Below are positions 56,233-64,000 of a stretch of 64,000 nt of DNA, piece by piece. Made by a program: the position numbers and the translations under genes. Positions within the stretch are counted from its first letter, which is position 1. Every line of letters begins with the position of its first letter. This DNA comes from Elusimicrobium minutum (lineage in GTDB: Bacteria; Elusimicrobiota; Elusimicrobia; Elusimicrobiales; UBA9959): assembly GCA_020723765.1 (NCBI GenBank), contig DYIF01000001.1:7127-71126 (forward strand). The letters run 5' to 3'. The notes beneath the pieces were generated by a model that did not search any database, had not been told where the DNA came from, and saw only the letters and a list, made by a program, of their open reading frames with translations.

Positions 56233-57464
56233 TAACCGCATTTATAATATCGGCATTAATACTTTTATTATCTGTCCCGGTTTTTTCTGTAATAACCATA
56301 CTTACAGCATATCTTTATAATCTTGAGGGAATAAGCATAACATCTATGGTTGTGGAATTTTTAAGATTATCGAGCATGCCGTCATTAATAGCGATACCGC
56401 TTTTTTCTTTCGCCGGTTTTATCATAGCCTCCTCAAAAGCCCCCGATAGAATTTTAAATCTTTTCTCCGCGCTTTTCGGCTGGGGGAGAGGCGGAATAGT
56501 TTTGGGCTCTATATTGTCCGCTTCAATATTCACGGCTTTTAGCGGAGCCTCCGGCATAACCATAATAGCGTTGGGCGGGCTTTTATTCCCGATACTTTTA
56601 AAATACGGCTACCGCGAAAAATTTTCTTTGGGGATAATATCCACTACGGGAAGTTTGGGGCTTTTATTCCCCCCTTCGCTTCCGATAATTCTATACTCGA
56701 TAGTCGCAAAAATAGACTTAAACCTTTTATTTAAAAAATCGCTCATATACGGGATAATAATAATAATATTTTTCTACATATATTCGTATATCGTTTCAAA
56801 GAAAAACGACATAAAACCGGAAAAATTCGATTTTAAAAAACTTAAAGAATCGGCATACCTGGCCCGATGGGAAATACCTCTTCCGTTTATAGTAATAGGA
56901 GGAATATACTCGGGAATGATCACCGCCTCGGAAGCGGCAAGCATAACCTGTTTCTACGCTTTTATAGCAGAATGCCTGATAAACAAAGAAATAAAATTCA
57001 ATCAATTGGGCGATATAATAACAAAAACAATGCTTTTAGTAGGCGCTATATTCATAGTTCTGGCCACGGCATTGGCTTTTACAAACTACATAGTGGACGT
57101 CCAGTTACCCGAAAGGATTTTCGATTATCTTTCCGAATATGTAAAAAGCAAGTATTTGTTTCTTTTAATACTCAATATAGCCATACTTTTGATAAACATG
57201 ATAGAAATTTTTTCGGCAATAATAATAGTGGTTCCGATTATGGTGCCTATAGCCGTAAGCTACGGCATAGACCCCATTCATCTGGCGATAATATTTTTAA
57301 TAAACCTGGAATTGGGATATATGACTCCGCCTTTTGGAATAAACCTATTCCTTTCTTCTATGAGATTTGAAAAACCTTTAAAAGAAACCTATAAAGCCGT
57401 GGTTATCCCCTGGATAATACTTTTTATAGTCCTTTTAACCGCAACCTACTTCCCGATAGTATAA
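56229..57464 (+). CDS. TRAP transporter large permease (DctM family)
   Basis: 411 aa, polytopic, with DctM-like segments (IPLFSFAGFI, FSGASGITIIALGG, LELGYMTPPFGINLF). Confidence 0.85.
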   Translation: MITAFIISALILLLSVPVFSVITILTAYLYNLEGISITSMVVEFLRLSSMPSLIAIPLFSFAGFIIASSKAPDRILNLFSALFGWGRGGIVLGSILSASIFTAFSGASGITIIALGGLLFPILLKYGYREKFSLGIISTTGSLGLLFPPSLPIILYSIVAKIDLNLLFKKSLIYGIIIIIFFYIYSYIVSKKNDIKPEKFDFKKLKESAYLARWEIPLPFIVIGGIYSGMITASEAASITCFYAFIAECLINKEIKFNQLGDIITKTMLLVGAIFIVLATALAFTNYIVDVQLPERIFDYLSEYVKSKYLFLLILNIAILLINMIEIFSAIIIVVPIMVPIAVSYGIDPIHLAIIFLINLELGYMTPPFGINLFLSSMRFEKPLKETYKAVVIPWIILFIVLLTATYFPIV

Positions 57465-57466
57465 AA

Positions 57467-58912
57467 CTACCATCTCAAATTGGGTTCTCTGGCCGCTTTT
57501 ACTTCGTCCAATCTTTTAACCGGCATTGTATGGGGCGCGTTTTTTAAGGTTTCAGGGTTGTTTATCCCTTCTTCATATATCTTTATCATAGTTTCTATGA
57601 AAGCGTCTATTGTGTCTTTGTTCTCGGTTTCGGTGGGCTCTATCATTATCGCCTCGTGAACTATCAAAGGGAAATAGACGGTAGGCGCGTGAAACCCGTA
57701 ATCCAAAAGCCTTTTCGCTATATCCAAAGTTTTTATCCCTTTTTCTTCCAATTCTTTTGAAGGAGTCAGGACGCATTCGTGCATACAAAACTCGTTTGCG
57801 TATGCCGGATAATACTTATTGAGTTTCGATTTAATATAATTTGCGTTTATTATGGCGTTTTCGCTTATCTCTTTAAATTCTTTTGGGCCGTGCATAATCA
57901 TATAAGTATAAGCCCTTAACAATACGGCGGTATTCGTAAAAAAAGCTTTTATTCTGCCTATGGTATTGGGCCTGTTTTCTTCCACCGAAAAACCGCCTTC
58001 TTTTTTTACCACTATCGGAACCGGCAGATAATCGGAGAGATGTTTTTTTACAAGTATTGCTCCGCTTCCGGGTCCTCCGCCTCCGTGTGGAGTAGAGAAT
58101 GTTTTATGAAGATTTAAATGCATTATATCCACTCCGAAATCGCCGGGCTTTACAAGGCCTATCAAAGCGTTCATATTCGCCCCGTCCATATAAACGAGCG
58201 TTCCGTTATCGTGGCATAGTTTTATTATATCTTCTATATGAGTTTCGAAAATTCCTAAGGTATTTGGAAGTGTTAGCATCAAAACAGCGGTTTTGGAGTT
58301 TAAGTTTTGTTTTAAAACATTTAAATCTATTCTTCCGTCGGCTCCGCTTTTTATATTTATAGTCTTAAAACCGGCCATCGTTACCGTAGCCGGGTTTGTG
58401 CCGTGAGCGGAGTCCGGGACTATTATCTCGTCCCTTAACTCCCCTTTTACTTCAAAATGCTTTTTAGCCACAAGCACCCCGGTAAACTCACCGTGAGCTC
58501 CGGCAACAGGCCATAAAGTAGCGTCGTCCATACCGCAGAGTTCGCATAATCTCGTTTTCATATCGTATATTATTTCGAGCGTCCCTTGAGCGCATTCCGT
58601 CAAAGCTAACGGATGAACCGAGGCAAAACCGGTCATAGAAGATGTTTCCTCGTTTATCTTCGGGTTATATTTCATGGTACAGGAGCCCAAAGGATAGAAA
58701 TGGGTATCCACTGAAAAATTCATTTTGGATAGTTTTGTAAAATGCCTTACCGCGTCAAACTCGGACATCTGCGGAAGTTTCGGTTCGGTTTTTCTTAAAT
58801 ATTTTGAGTCTATTGAATGGTCGTCTATGGTCCTTTTAAAATGAACCCCTCTTTTCCCGTCTTTAGATTTTTCTACGCTTAATCTCGTATCGAATTTCTG
58901 TATATCGTTCAT
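57467..58912 (-). CDS. gcvPB: Glycine dehydrogenase (decarboxylating) subunit 2
   Basis: PLGSCTMKYNP, and the PLP lysine context HLNLHKTFSTPHGGGGPG. Confidence 0.92.
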   Translation of the reverse strand: MNDIQKFDTRLSVEKSKDGKRGVHFKRTIDDHSIDSKYLRKTEPKLPQMSEFDAVRHFTKLSKMNFSVDTHFYPLGSCTMKYNPKINEETSSMTGFASVHPLALTECAQGTLEIIYDMKTRLCELCGMDDATLWPVAGAHGEFTGVLVAKKHFEVKGELRDEIIVPDSAHGTNPATVTMAGFKTINIKSGADGRIDLNVLKQNLNSKTAVLMLTLPNTLGIFETHIEDIIKLCHDNGTLVYMDGANMNALIGLVKPGDFGVDIMHLNLHKTFSTPHGGGGPGSGAILVKKHLSDYLPVPIVVKKEGGFSVEENRPNTIGRIKAFFTNTAVLLRAYTYMIMHGPKEFKEISENAIINANYIKSKLNKYYPAYANEFCMHECVLTPSKELEEKGIKTLDIAKRLLDYGFHAPTVYFPLIVHEAIMIEPTETENKDTIDAFIETMIKIYEEGINNPETLKNAPHTMPVKRLDEVKAAREPNLRW

Positions 58913-58924
58913 AAAATCTCCTTT

Positions 58925-60271
58925 TTATTTTTTCATTGCGGGCGATTTGGAGTATTCTTTTATTGCCGAAACATATAAATCTATCTCTTTTTCGTTTTTG
59001 GTTTCGGTAAAAGCGCTTATAACGGTATTCTTAAACTCCTCTCCAAGCTCCGACGCGGTTATTCCTATGTCTATCTTTTTAGAGCAGGCTATATTTTTCC
59101 TCAAAGATTCTGCGTTTTCGACGTCGAAAGCAAACTCGTTAAAAAACGGCTTATCGTACTTAGTTTTTATTCCCGCTTCGAAAAGTTTTTTCGAAGCGTA
59201 AACCGCCAAGTTATGGTTTAAAAGCGCAAGTTCTTTTAATCCTTCTTTACCTAAAAGCGTCAAATATATGGTAACCGAAAGCGCGCATAAGGCCTGATTG
59301 GAACATATGTTGGAAGGCGCTTTTTCTCTTCTTATATGCTGTTCTCTGGCCTGAAGCGTGAGAGTAAAACCTCTCTTCCCGTCTTTATCTACGGTCATGC
59401 CGCATATTCTTCCGGGCATCTGCCTTAGATGTTGTTTTTTGCAGGTAAATATTCCCAAATAAGGACCGCCGTAAGAAAGAGGAAGACCTAAAGATTGGCC
59501 TTCGCCGACCGCAAAATCAAAACCCGCTTCACCGGGAGTTTTTAAAATCGCAAGCGAAACGGGGTCCGCCATACAAACGGTCAAAACATTTTTCGATTTG
59601 GCTATTTTATTAAACTCTTCTATGTCTTCTATAAATCCTAAATAGTTTGGGTTCGATACGACCGCGCATGCGGTTTTATCGTCGAGAAGTTGGTTAAATT
59701 TATCTAAATCCACAGATCCGTTTTTATGAGGGACAGAGACAAACTCGTACTCTTTATTTCCCGCAAAATATGTCTTAACCACATCCATATACTTCGGATT
59801 TATAATCGAAGAATAAATTATCTTTGTTTTTCCGCTTATCCTAACGCAGGCCTTTACGGCTTCCGCCAAAGCGGTTGAGCCGTCGTACATGGAAGCGTTA
59901 GAATAATCCATACCGTAAAGCTCGGACATTAAACTTTGATACTCGTAAATTGTCTGAAGTATCCCCTGGCTTGCCTCCGCCTGATACGGGGTATATGCGG
60001 TTAAAAACTCAGTTCTTTGAGTTATATGCTTTACAACCGCCGGCGTATATCTTTCATAAACCCCGCCGCCTACAAAGCTTAAAAGAGCGTTGTTTTTTTC
60101 CGAAAGATCTTTCATTTTTTTATATGCCTCTATCTCGTTTAAACCGTCCGGCAAATTAAATTTCGGGTTTAAAAACTTCGAAGGGACCTGTTTTACAAGC
60201 TCCTCAAAACTTTTAACGCCTATCATTTTCAACATCTCTTTTTTTTCTTCTTCGGTATTGGATATAAACAT
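58925..60271 (-). CDS. gcvPA: Glycine dehydrogenase (decarboxylating) subunit 1
   Basis: FVGGGVYE, TAYTPYQAE.SQG.LQ..YE.Q and REQHIRREKA.SNICSNQAL. Confidence 0.92.
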   Translation of the reverse strand: MFISNTEEEKKEMLKMIGVKSFEELVKQVPSKFLNPKFNLPDGLNEIEAYKKMKDLSEKNNALLSFVGGGVYERYTPAVVKHITQRTEFLTAYTPYQAEASQGILQTIYEYQSLMSELYGMDYSNASMYDGSTALAEAVKACVRISGKTKIIYSSIINPKYMDVVKTYFAGNKEYEFVSVPHKNGSVDLDKFNQLLDDKTACAVVSNPNYLGFIEDIEEFNKIAKSKNVLTVCMADPVSLAILKTPGEAGFDFAVGEGQSLGLPLSYGGPYLGIFTCKKQHLRQMPGRICGMTVDKDGKRGFTLTLQAREQHIRREKAPSNICSNQALCALSVTIYLTLLGKEGLKELALLNHNLAVYASKKLFEAGIKTKYDKPFFNEFAFDVENAESLRKNIACSKKIDIGITASELGEEFKNTVISAFTETKNEKEIDLYVSAIKEYSKSPAMKK

Positions 60272-60350
60272 AACCTCTCCCTTAATTTCAACCTAAAAAA
60301 TAAAATACCCTACCAAGTCTATTCGGTTTTGTCGTTATAATTATTTAAAA

Positions 60351-60737
60351 TTAGTGAGCCTGAGTTTTAACGAATTCTTCGTAAGTTTTAAAATCCATAA
60401 GCGAGTCTAACTGGGATTTGTCGGATATCTTCATCTTACATATCCAGCCGTTTCCGTAAGGCTCCTGGTTTATAAGAGCGGGGTTATCGGAAAGAGCCGA
60501 ATTTACTTCTATAACCTCTCCGTTTACGGGCGAATAAATGTCGAAAGCGGATTTAACCGACTCTACGACGCATATCTGTTTTTCTTTCTCGGCTTTGGCT
60601 CCGACCTTCGGAAGGTCTACGAAAACTATGTCTCCCATCTGGCTCTGAGCGAAATCGCTTACTCCGATATAAGCGACATCCCCTTCGATTCCTATCCACT
60701 CGTGAGTTTTTGTATATTTAAGGTTTTCTTTATTCAT
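60351..60737 (-). CDS. gcvH: Glycine cleavage system protein H
   Basis: YTKTHEWI, and the lipoyl-lysine context VESVKSAFDIYSPVNGEV. Confidence 0.92.
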   Translation of the reverse strand: MNKENLKYTKTHEWIGIEGDVAYIGVSDFAQSQMGDIVFVDLPKVGAKAEKEKQICVVESVKSAFDIYSPVNGEVIEVNSALSDNPALINQEPYGNGWICKMKISDKSQLDSLMDFKTYEEFVKTQAH

Positions 60738-60760
60738 AATCTTCTCCTTTATTATTAAAT

Positions 60761-61876
60761 TTAACCCAACTTAAAATAGAAAACTCCGCCTTTAAAAAAC
60801 GGGATTTCGGTTATTTTAGCCTTCATCTTCTTATCCCTTATCTCTACCTCAACCTCCTCCCCTATGTTTAAGCCTAAAGGCATATAACCCATTCCTATGG
60901 ATTTTTTAAGCGAAGGCGAGTAGGTTGCGCTTGTTAAAACGCCAAGCTCTTTGCCGTCTTTAAAAACCTTATAACCGGCCCTCGGTATTCCCTGTTCCAT
61001 GGATATGCCGGTAAGTTTTCTTTTTATCCCTTCTTTCTTTTGTTTTTCAAACAATTCTTTTCCTATGAAATTGGGTTTTGAAAGTTTTACGACCCAGCCG
61101 TAATTTGCCTCGTAGCTTGAATGCTCGTCGTCTATATCCGAGCCGTATAAAAGATAACCCGATTCCAATCTTAAACTATCTCTCGAACCAAGCCCGCAGG
61201 GCTTTACCCCTAAATCTTTGCCCAATTTCATAAACTCTTCCCAAACATCGGCTATTATTGAGTGAGGCGCGGTTATTTCAAACCCGTCCTCTCCCGTGTA
61301 TCCCGTTCTGGACACATAACAATGTTGTCCCATAACCTCTTTTTCAACTATGCCAAAACGGGGATAGTTCAAAAGCTCCGGCACAAACTTTTTCATAATC
61401 TCCACCGACTTCGGCCCCTGAACGGCTATCATAGAATAATCGTCGGATTTATTGGATATTTTGACTTCAAATCCTTTGGAGTTTTCGACAAACCATTTAT
61501 AATCCTTATCGCTTGTCGTCGCGTTGACTATCACCAAAAACCTTTCCTCGTCTAAGCAAAAATTTATCACATCGTCCACTATCCCGCCTTTGCCGTTTGG
61601 AAGATGAGAATAAACCCCCTCTCCTTTTTTTAACTTAGCTACATTATTAGTATTGACATAATCCAAAAACTTCCTTGCGTCTTTACCGTCCACAAAAATC
61701 TGGCCCATATGGCTTACGTCGAAAAGCCCTACCGCTTCTCTTACCGTCATATGCTCCTTTATAATACCCTCGAACTGAACCGGAAGCTCCCAGCCGTGGA
61801 AATCGACTAACTTACCGCCGTATTTTTTGTGTATATCGTTTAAATGAGTTTTTCTGACCGTGGTATGGTGAGACAT
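60761..61876 (-). CDS. gcvT: Glycine cleavage system aminomethyltransferase T
   Basis: KLVDFHGWELPVQF, FDVSHMG, RTGYTGEDGFEI and GLGSRDSLRLE. I moved the start to the ATG at 61876 behind an AGGAGG SD (track ORF starts at 61936). Confidence 0.9.
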   Translation of the reverse strand: MSHHTTVRKTHLNDIHKKYGGKLVDFHGWELPVQFEGIIKEHMTVREAVGLFDVSHMGQIFVDGKDARKFLDYVNTNNVAKLKKGEGVYSHLPNGKGGIVDDVINFCLDEERFLVIVNATTSDKDYKWFVENSKGFEVKISNKSDDYSMIAVQGPKSVEIMKKFVPELLNYPRFGIVEKEVMGQHCYVSRTGYTGEDGFEITAPHSIIADVWEEFMKLGKDLGVKPCGLGSRDSLRLESGYLLYGSDIDDEHSSYEANYGWVVKLSKPNFIGKELFEKQKKEGIKRKLTGISMEQGIPRAGYKVFKDGKELGVLTSATYSPSLKKSIGMGYMPLGLNIGEEVEVEIRDKKMKAKITEIPFFKGGVFYFKLG

Positions 61877-61892
61877 ATCTCCTCCTAAAACT

Positions 61893-61920
61893 ATTATACA
61901 ACTTTTTGAAAAAACGGGAA
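61893..61920 (-). promoter_or_regulatory. Candidate gcv operon promoter (extended -10)
   Basis: The minus strand reads TTCCCG-16 nt-TGTATAAT, about 17 nt upstream of the SD. Confidence 0.4.
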
Positions 61921-62032
61921 CTTTTTCAAAAATCATTAAACTATAACCAAATTATCTTTTGGAATTTATTTGTACTATTATTCAAGATAAGTTATAAAAA
62001 TGAAAAAATATTTAATAATAAAAAATCAATAT

Positions 62033-64000
62033 TCAATCTTTTTTCTTCCAAAAACCATCACATGATTTTTTTAATATAAATTCTCCCCAATGTTCATTAT
62101 AAATAATAATTATATTCCGATCTTTCCATCTTAATGACCAAAATTTTTCTGATCCATATTTGGTTATTTCAGATAATGTAACTTTTTTGACAGCAGATTG
62201 TTGGTACTCATCATAAGCCATAGGAATCAAAATAATATCAACAACATAATCGCCTATTTTATAATAAGTAATTGTTCCTATTCCTTTAATTATTTTCTTA
62301 TCCTGTACAAAAATAATCCTTAGTTGAGTTTCATCTCTATATTTGCTATAGGTAACCCCACACCACTCTCCGAGAATAGTTAAGAGAAATTCCCTCATTT
62401 CCTTCTGTTGTTCATATCTAGATAAACTTATAGCTTTTTCTTCTGAATCTCTCATAAGTTTAGCATAGTCAGACTCAAGGCGACAATATCTAAAACCAAA
62501 GAAAGCTTGCCCAGTAATAGCTCTTTTTAGTTTATCAAGCTCCGCATCAACCCAATCCCCAGTCTGAAGAAAATTTTCAAGCATAATATTTTCTATTTCT
62601 TCTTTACTAAAACACACATGTCCTTCTTCTGAAGGGGTTTGGCATTCTTCTTCTGATAAGCTATGAATAAATAATAAACCAGAAAAATTTTCCTTAAGGG
62701 GAATACGTTTATTAATAGAATCAGGGAATTTTTCGCGAGACGAACATTCTTCAGGCAGTTTTAAATGTTGGGTGGCAAGCCATTCTGCTATTTTAACAGA
62801 CACGTTAATTTCATATTCATAATCTTTACAAATTAATCCTGTTTGAATAGCCTTTTTTAATATCCTTACGATATCAGGAGATAACATTTTTGAGTTCCCA
62901 TCTATTAAATTATATAAGTAGACATAATACATATCAGCAAGACATCCATTGTTTTCTTCTGTCGCTTTATAAATCATTTCAGTTAAAACAGGAAGCACTC
63001 GCATATCTTTTTGATATACTAAAATCCTTAACCATAAATCATCTGTTTTTTCTCTATTCAATATTTCCCATACTAAATTCTTGTTAGTTTCATTTAAAAA
63101 AAAGTTATTAAAAGAGGCCCAACTATAAAGTAGTGATCTCGCCGATTCTTTCCCTGGCCAATTATTATCTAAAGCTTTAGTAATAAGAATATTTATTAAT
63201 TTATCAAAAGATTCTCCTTTTACTAAACTTAAAGAATATAGACAATGATAAGCATTTTCTCTTACAATTTGATTCTCCTCTCCTAAGAAATATATAAGAT
63301 TTATAAAATGTTCAGTATTAGAAGTCTTACACAATTCAGATACTATTAAAAGTTTTTCAGCCGATTCTTTAGAAAGAATTTTTTGCTTATTTTCAAATTT
63401 TTCTATTAAATAAATTTTTCCATTTTTCCAAGAATATTTTTCAGTGATCTCTTTTATCCTCTCCGGCGGATTACTACCGATATCTTCACGCTTAATATTA
63501 ACTATTACTTCTCTAAGTCCACCCTCAATCCACTCGCCTTCTTTAATTTCAGCCCTATCTATATAGTTTGTAGTACTATCGCATCCATCTCCTTGCACAT
63601 GTTCAAACAAAGGAAAATCAAATATCTTATTAAACATCAATTGTTTTTCATCAAACTCAAAAAGCTCAGATTTCATCACCGAAAGACAATCATAATAATC
63701 ATTACATGAACCTTCAAATAAGACATAATCTTTAATTTTACTAAGGACAAATCTTTTCAGTTTTATATCACCAATAGATTGCCCTCCAAAAATTTTTACA
63801 GTTTTAGAATAAGGGAAATACGCTCCGGCTATATTAATTATAAATTTATCCTCTTCTCCATATATTTTGGCTATAAACAATAAATATTTAGTTTTTCCAG
63901 AAAAAGAAGTATAAGCAGAATAGGAAGAAATATTAACTCGAAAATTATTCAAATCAATTTCACGAATTTTATTGGTATTAATCAAATAACCTATTATTTC
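62033..64000 (-). CDS. Large (>650 aa) orphan cytoplasmic protein with a central HEAT/ARM-like helical region; the 5' end may lie beyond the window
   Basis: CpG-poor, island-like composition. The track start at 63985 is a TTG, and the frame stays open to position 64000 (…EIIGY-L-INTNK). No signal peptide and no catalytic motif that I recognise. Confidence 0.55.
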   Translation of the reverse strand, partial: EIIGYLINTNKIREIDLNNFRVNISSYSAYTSFSGKTKYLLFIAKIYGEEDKFIINIAGAYFPYSKTVKIFGGQSIGDIKLKRFVLSKIKDYVLFEGSCNDYYDCLSVMKSELFEFDEKQLMFNKIFDFPLFEHVQGDGCDSTTNYIDRAEIKEGEWIEGGLREVIVNIKREDIGSNPPERIKEITEKYSWKNGKIYLIEKFENKQKILSKESAEKLLIVSELCKTSNTEHFINLIYFLGEENQIVRENAYHCLYSLSLVKGESFDKLINILITKALDNNWPGKESARSLLYSWASFNNFFLNETNKNLVWEILNREKTDDLWLRILVYQKDMRVLPVLTEMIYKATEENNGCLADMYYVYLYNLIDGNSKMLSPDIVRILKKAIQTGLICKDYEYEINVSVKIAEWLATQHLKLPEECSSREKFPDSINKRIPLKENFSGLLFIHSLSEEECQTPSEEGHVCFSKEEIENIMLENFLQTGDWVDAELDKLKRAITGQAFFGFRYCRLESDYAKLMRDSEEKAISLSRYEQQKEMREFLLTILGEWCGVTYSKYRDETQLRIIFVQDKKIIKGIGTITYYKIGDYVVDIILIPMAYDEYQQSAVKKVTLSEITKYGSEKFWSLRWKDRNIIIIYNEHWGEFILKKSCDGFWKKKD

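Noticed and set aside
61877-61936. The N-terminal 20-aa extension of GcvT in the track ORF (MIFEKVPVFSKSCIIVLGGD).
   Set aside because: The extension overlaps the AGGAGG SD and the promoter-like TGTATAAT. Conserved GcvT sequence begins right after the internal ATG at 61876.
61877-62032. A glycine riboswitch was expected upstream of gcvT.
   Set aside because: No GGAGAG...CACCG-type aptamer core or tandem aptamer structure is visible on the minus strand. Only a short AT-rich leader with a promoter-like element is present.

Overview
AT-rich (about one-third GC by eye), densely coded chromosome segment from a diderm bacterium that I cannot place taxonomically. About 60 genes, one tRNA. I saw no rRNA, CRISPR array, integrase or transposase.

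Core content:
- a 5'-truncated SprA-like outer-membrane protein and two LptF/LptG-family permeases
- an rdgB-sensor kinase operon
- a three-gene hsp20 cluster whose consensus promoter is bracketed by two CIRCE-type palindromes
- tRNA-Gln(CUG)
- the run ftsQ-like, ftsA, ftsZ, pilT, deoxynucleoside kinase, cmk, plsC, rpsA
- murC, rsmA, an M24 peptidase, LemA plus an M48 protease, and a DUF2157/GDYXXLXY pair
- a nucleotide-sugar dehydrogenase, a C11 peptidase, an OmpR-type two-component pair, a squalene/phytoene-synthase-like gene and dcd
- ridA, malQ, a TatT-associated TRAP transporter and the glycine cleavage operon gcvT-H-PA-PB

Three regions look accessory, being visibly poorer in CG dinucleotides and richer in AT.
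1. 5.4-7.9 kb. A ~510-bp direct duplication covers the promoter and the N-terminal 135 codons of a secreted protein. It brackets a foreign-looking cassette: an alternative Cys-rich C-terminus translationally coupled to a CPBP/Abi-type membrane protease. This resembles a toxin-immunity C-terminal replacement.
2. 42.75-51.8 kb. An integrase-less island carries:
   - an acidic small protein
   - a frameshifted secreted gene with LAS/M15-like motifs, behind a promoter with a T13 spacer, plus a coupled exported partner
   - a Fic gene bracketed by perfect 38-bp direct repeats
   - a tightly coupled pair (membrane-anchored Mrr-type nuclease with zinc ribbon, plus a Cys-rich protein with a NucS/RecB-like C-terminus) that I cannot assign to a named system
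   - an AbiEi/AbiEii module
   - an AAA-DUF4143 ATPase-nuclease
3. 62.0-64.0 kb. A large orphan protein runs to the window edge.

All family calls rest on motif recognition from memory. No searches were run.
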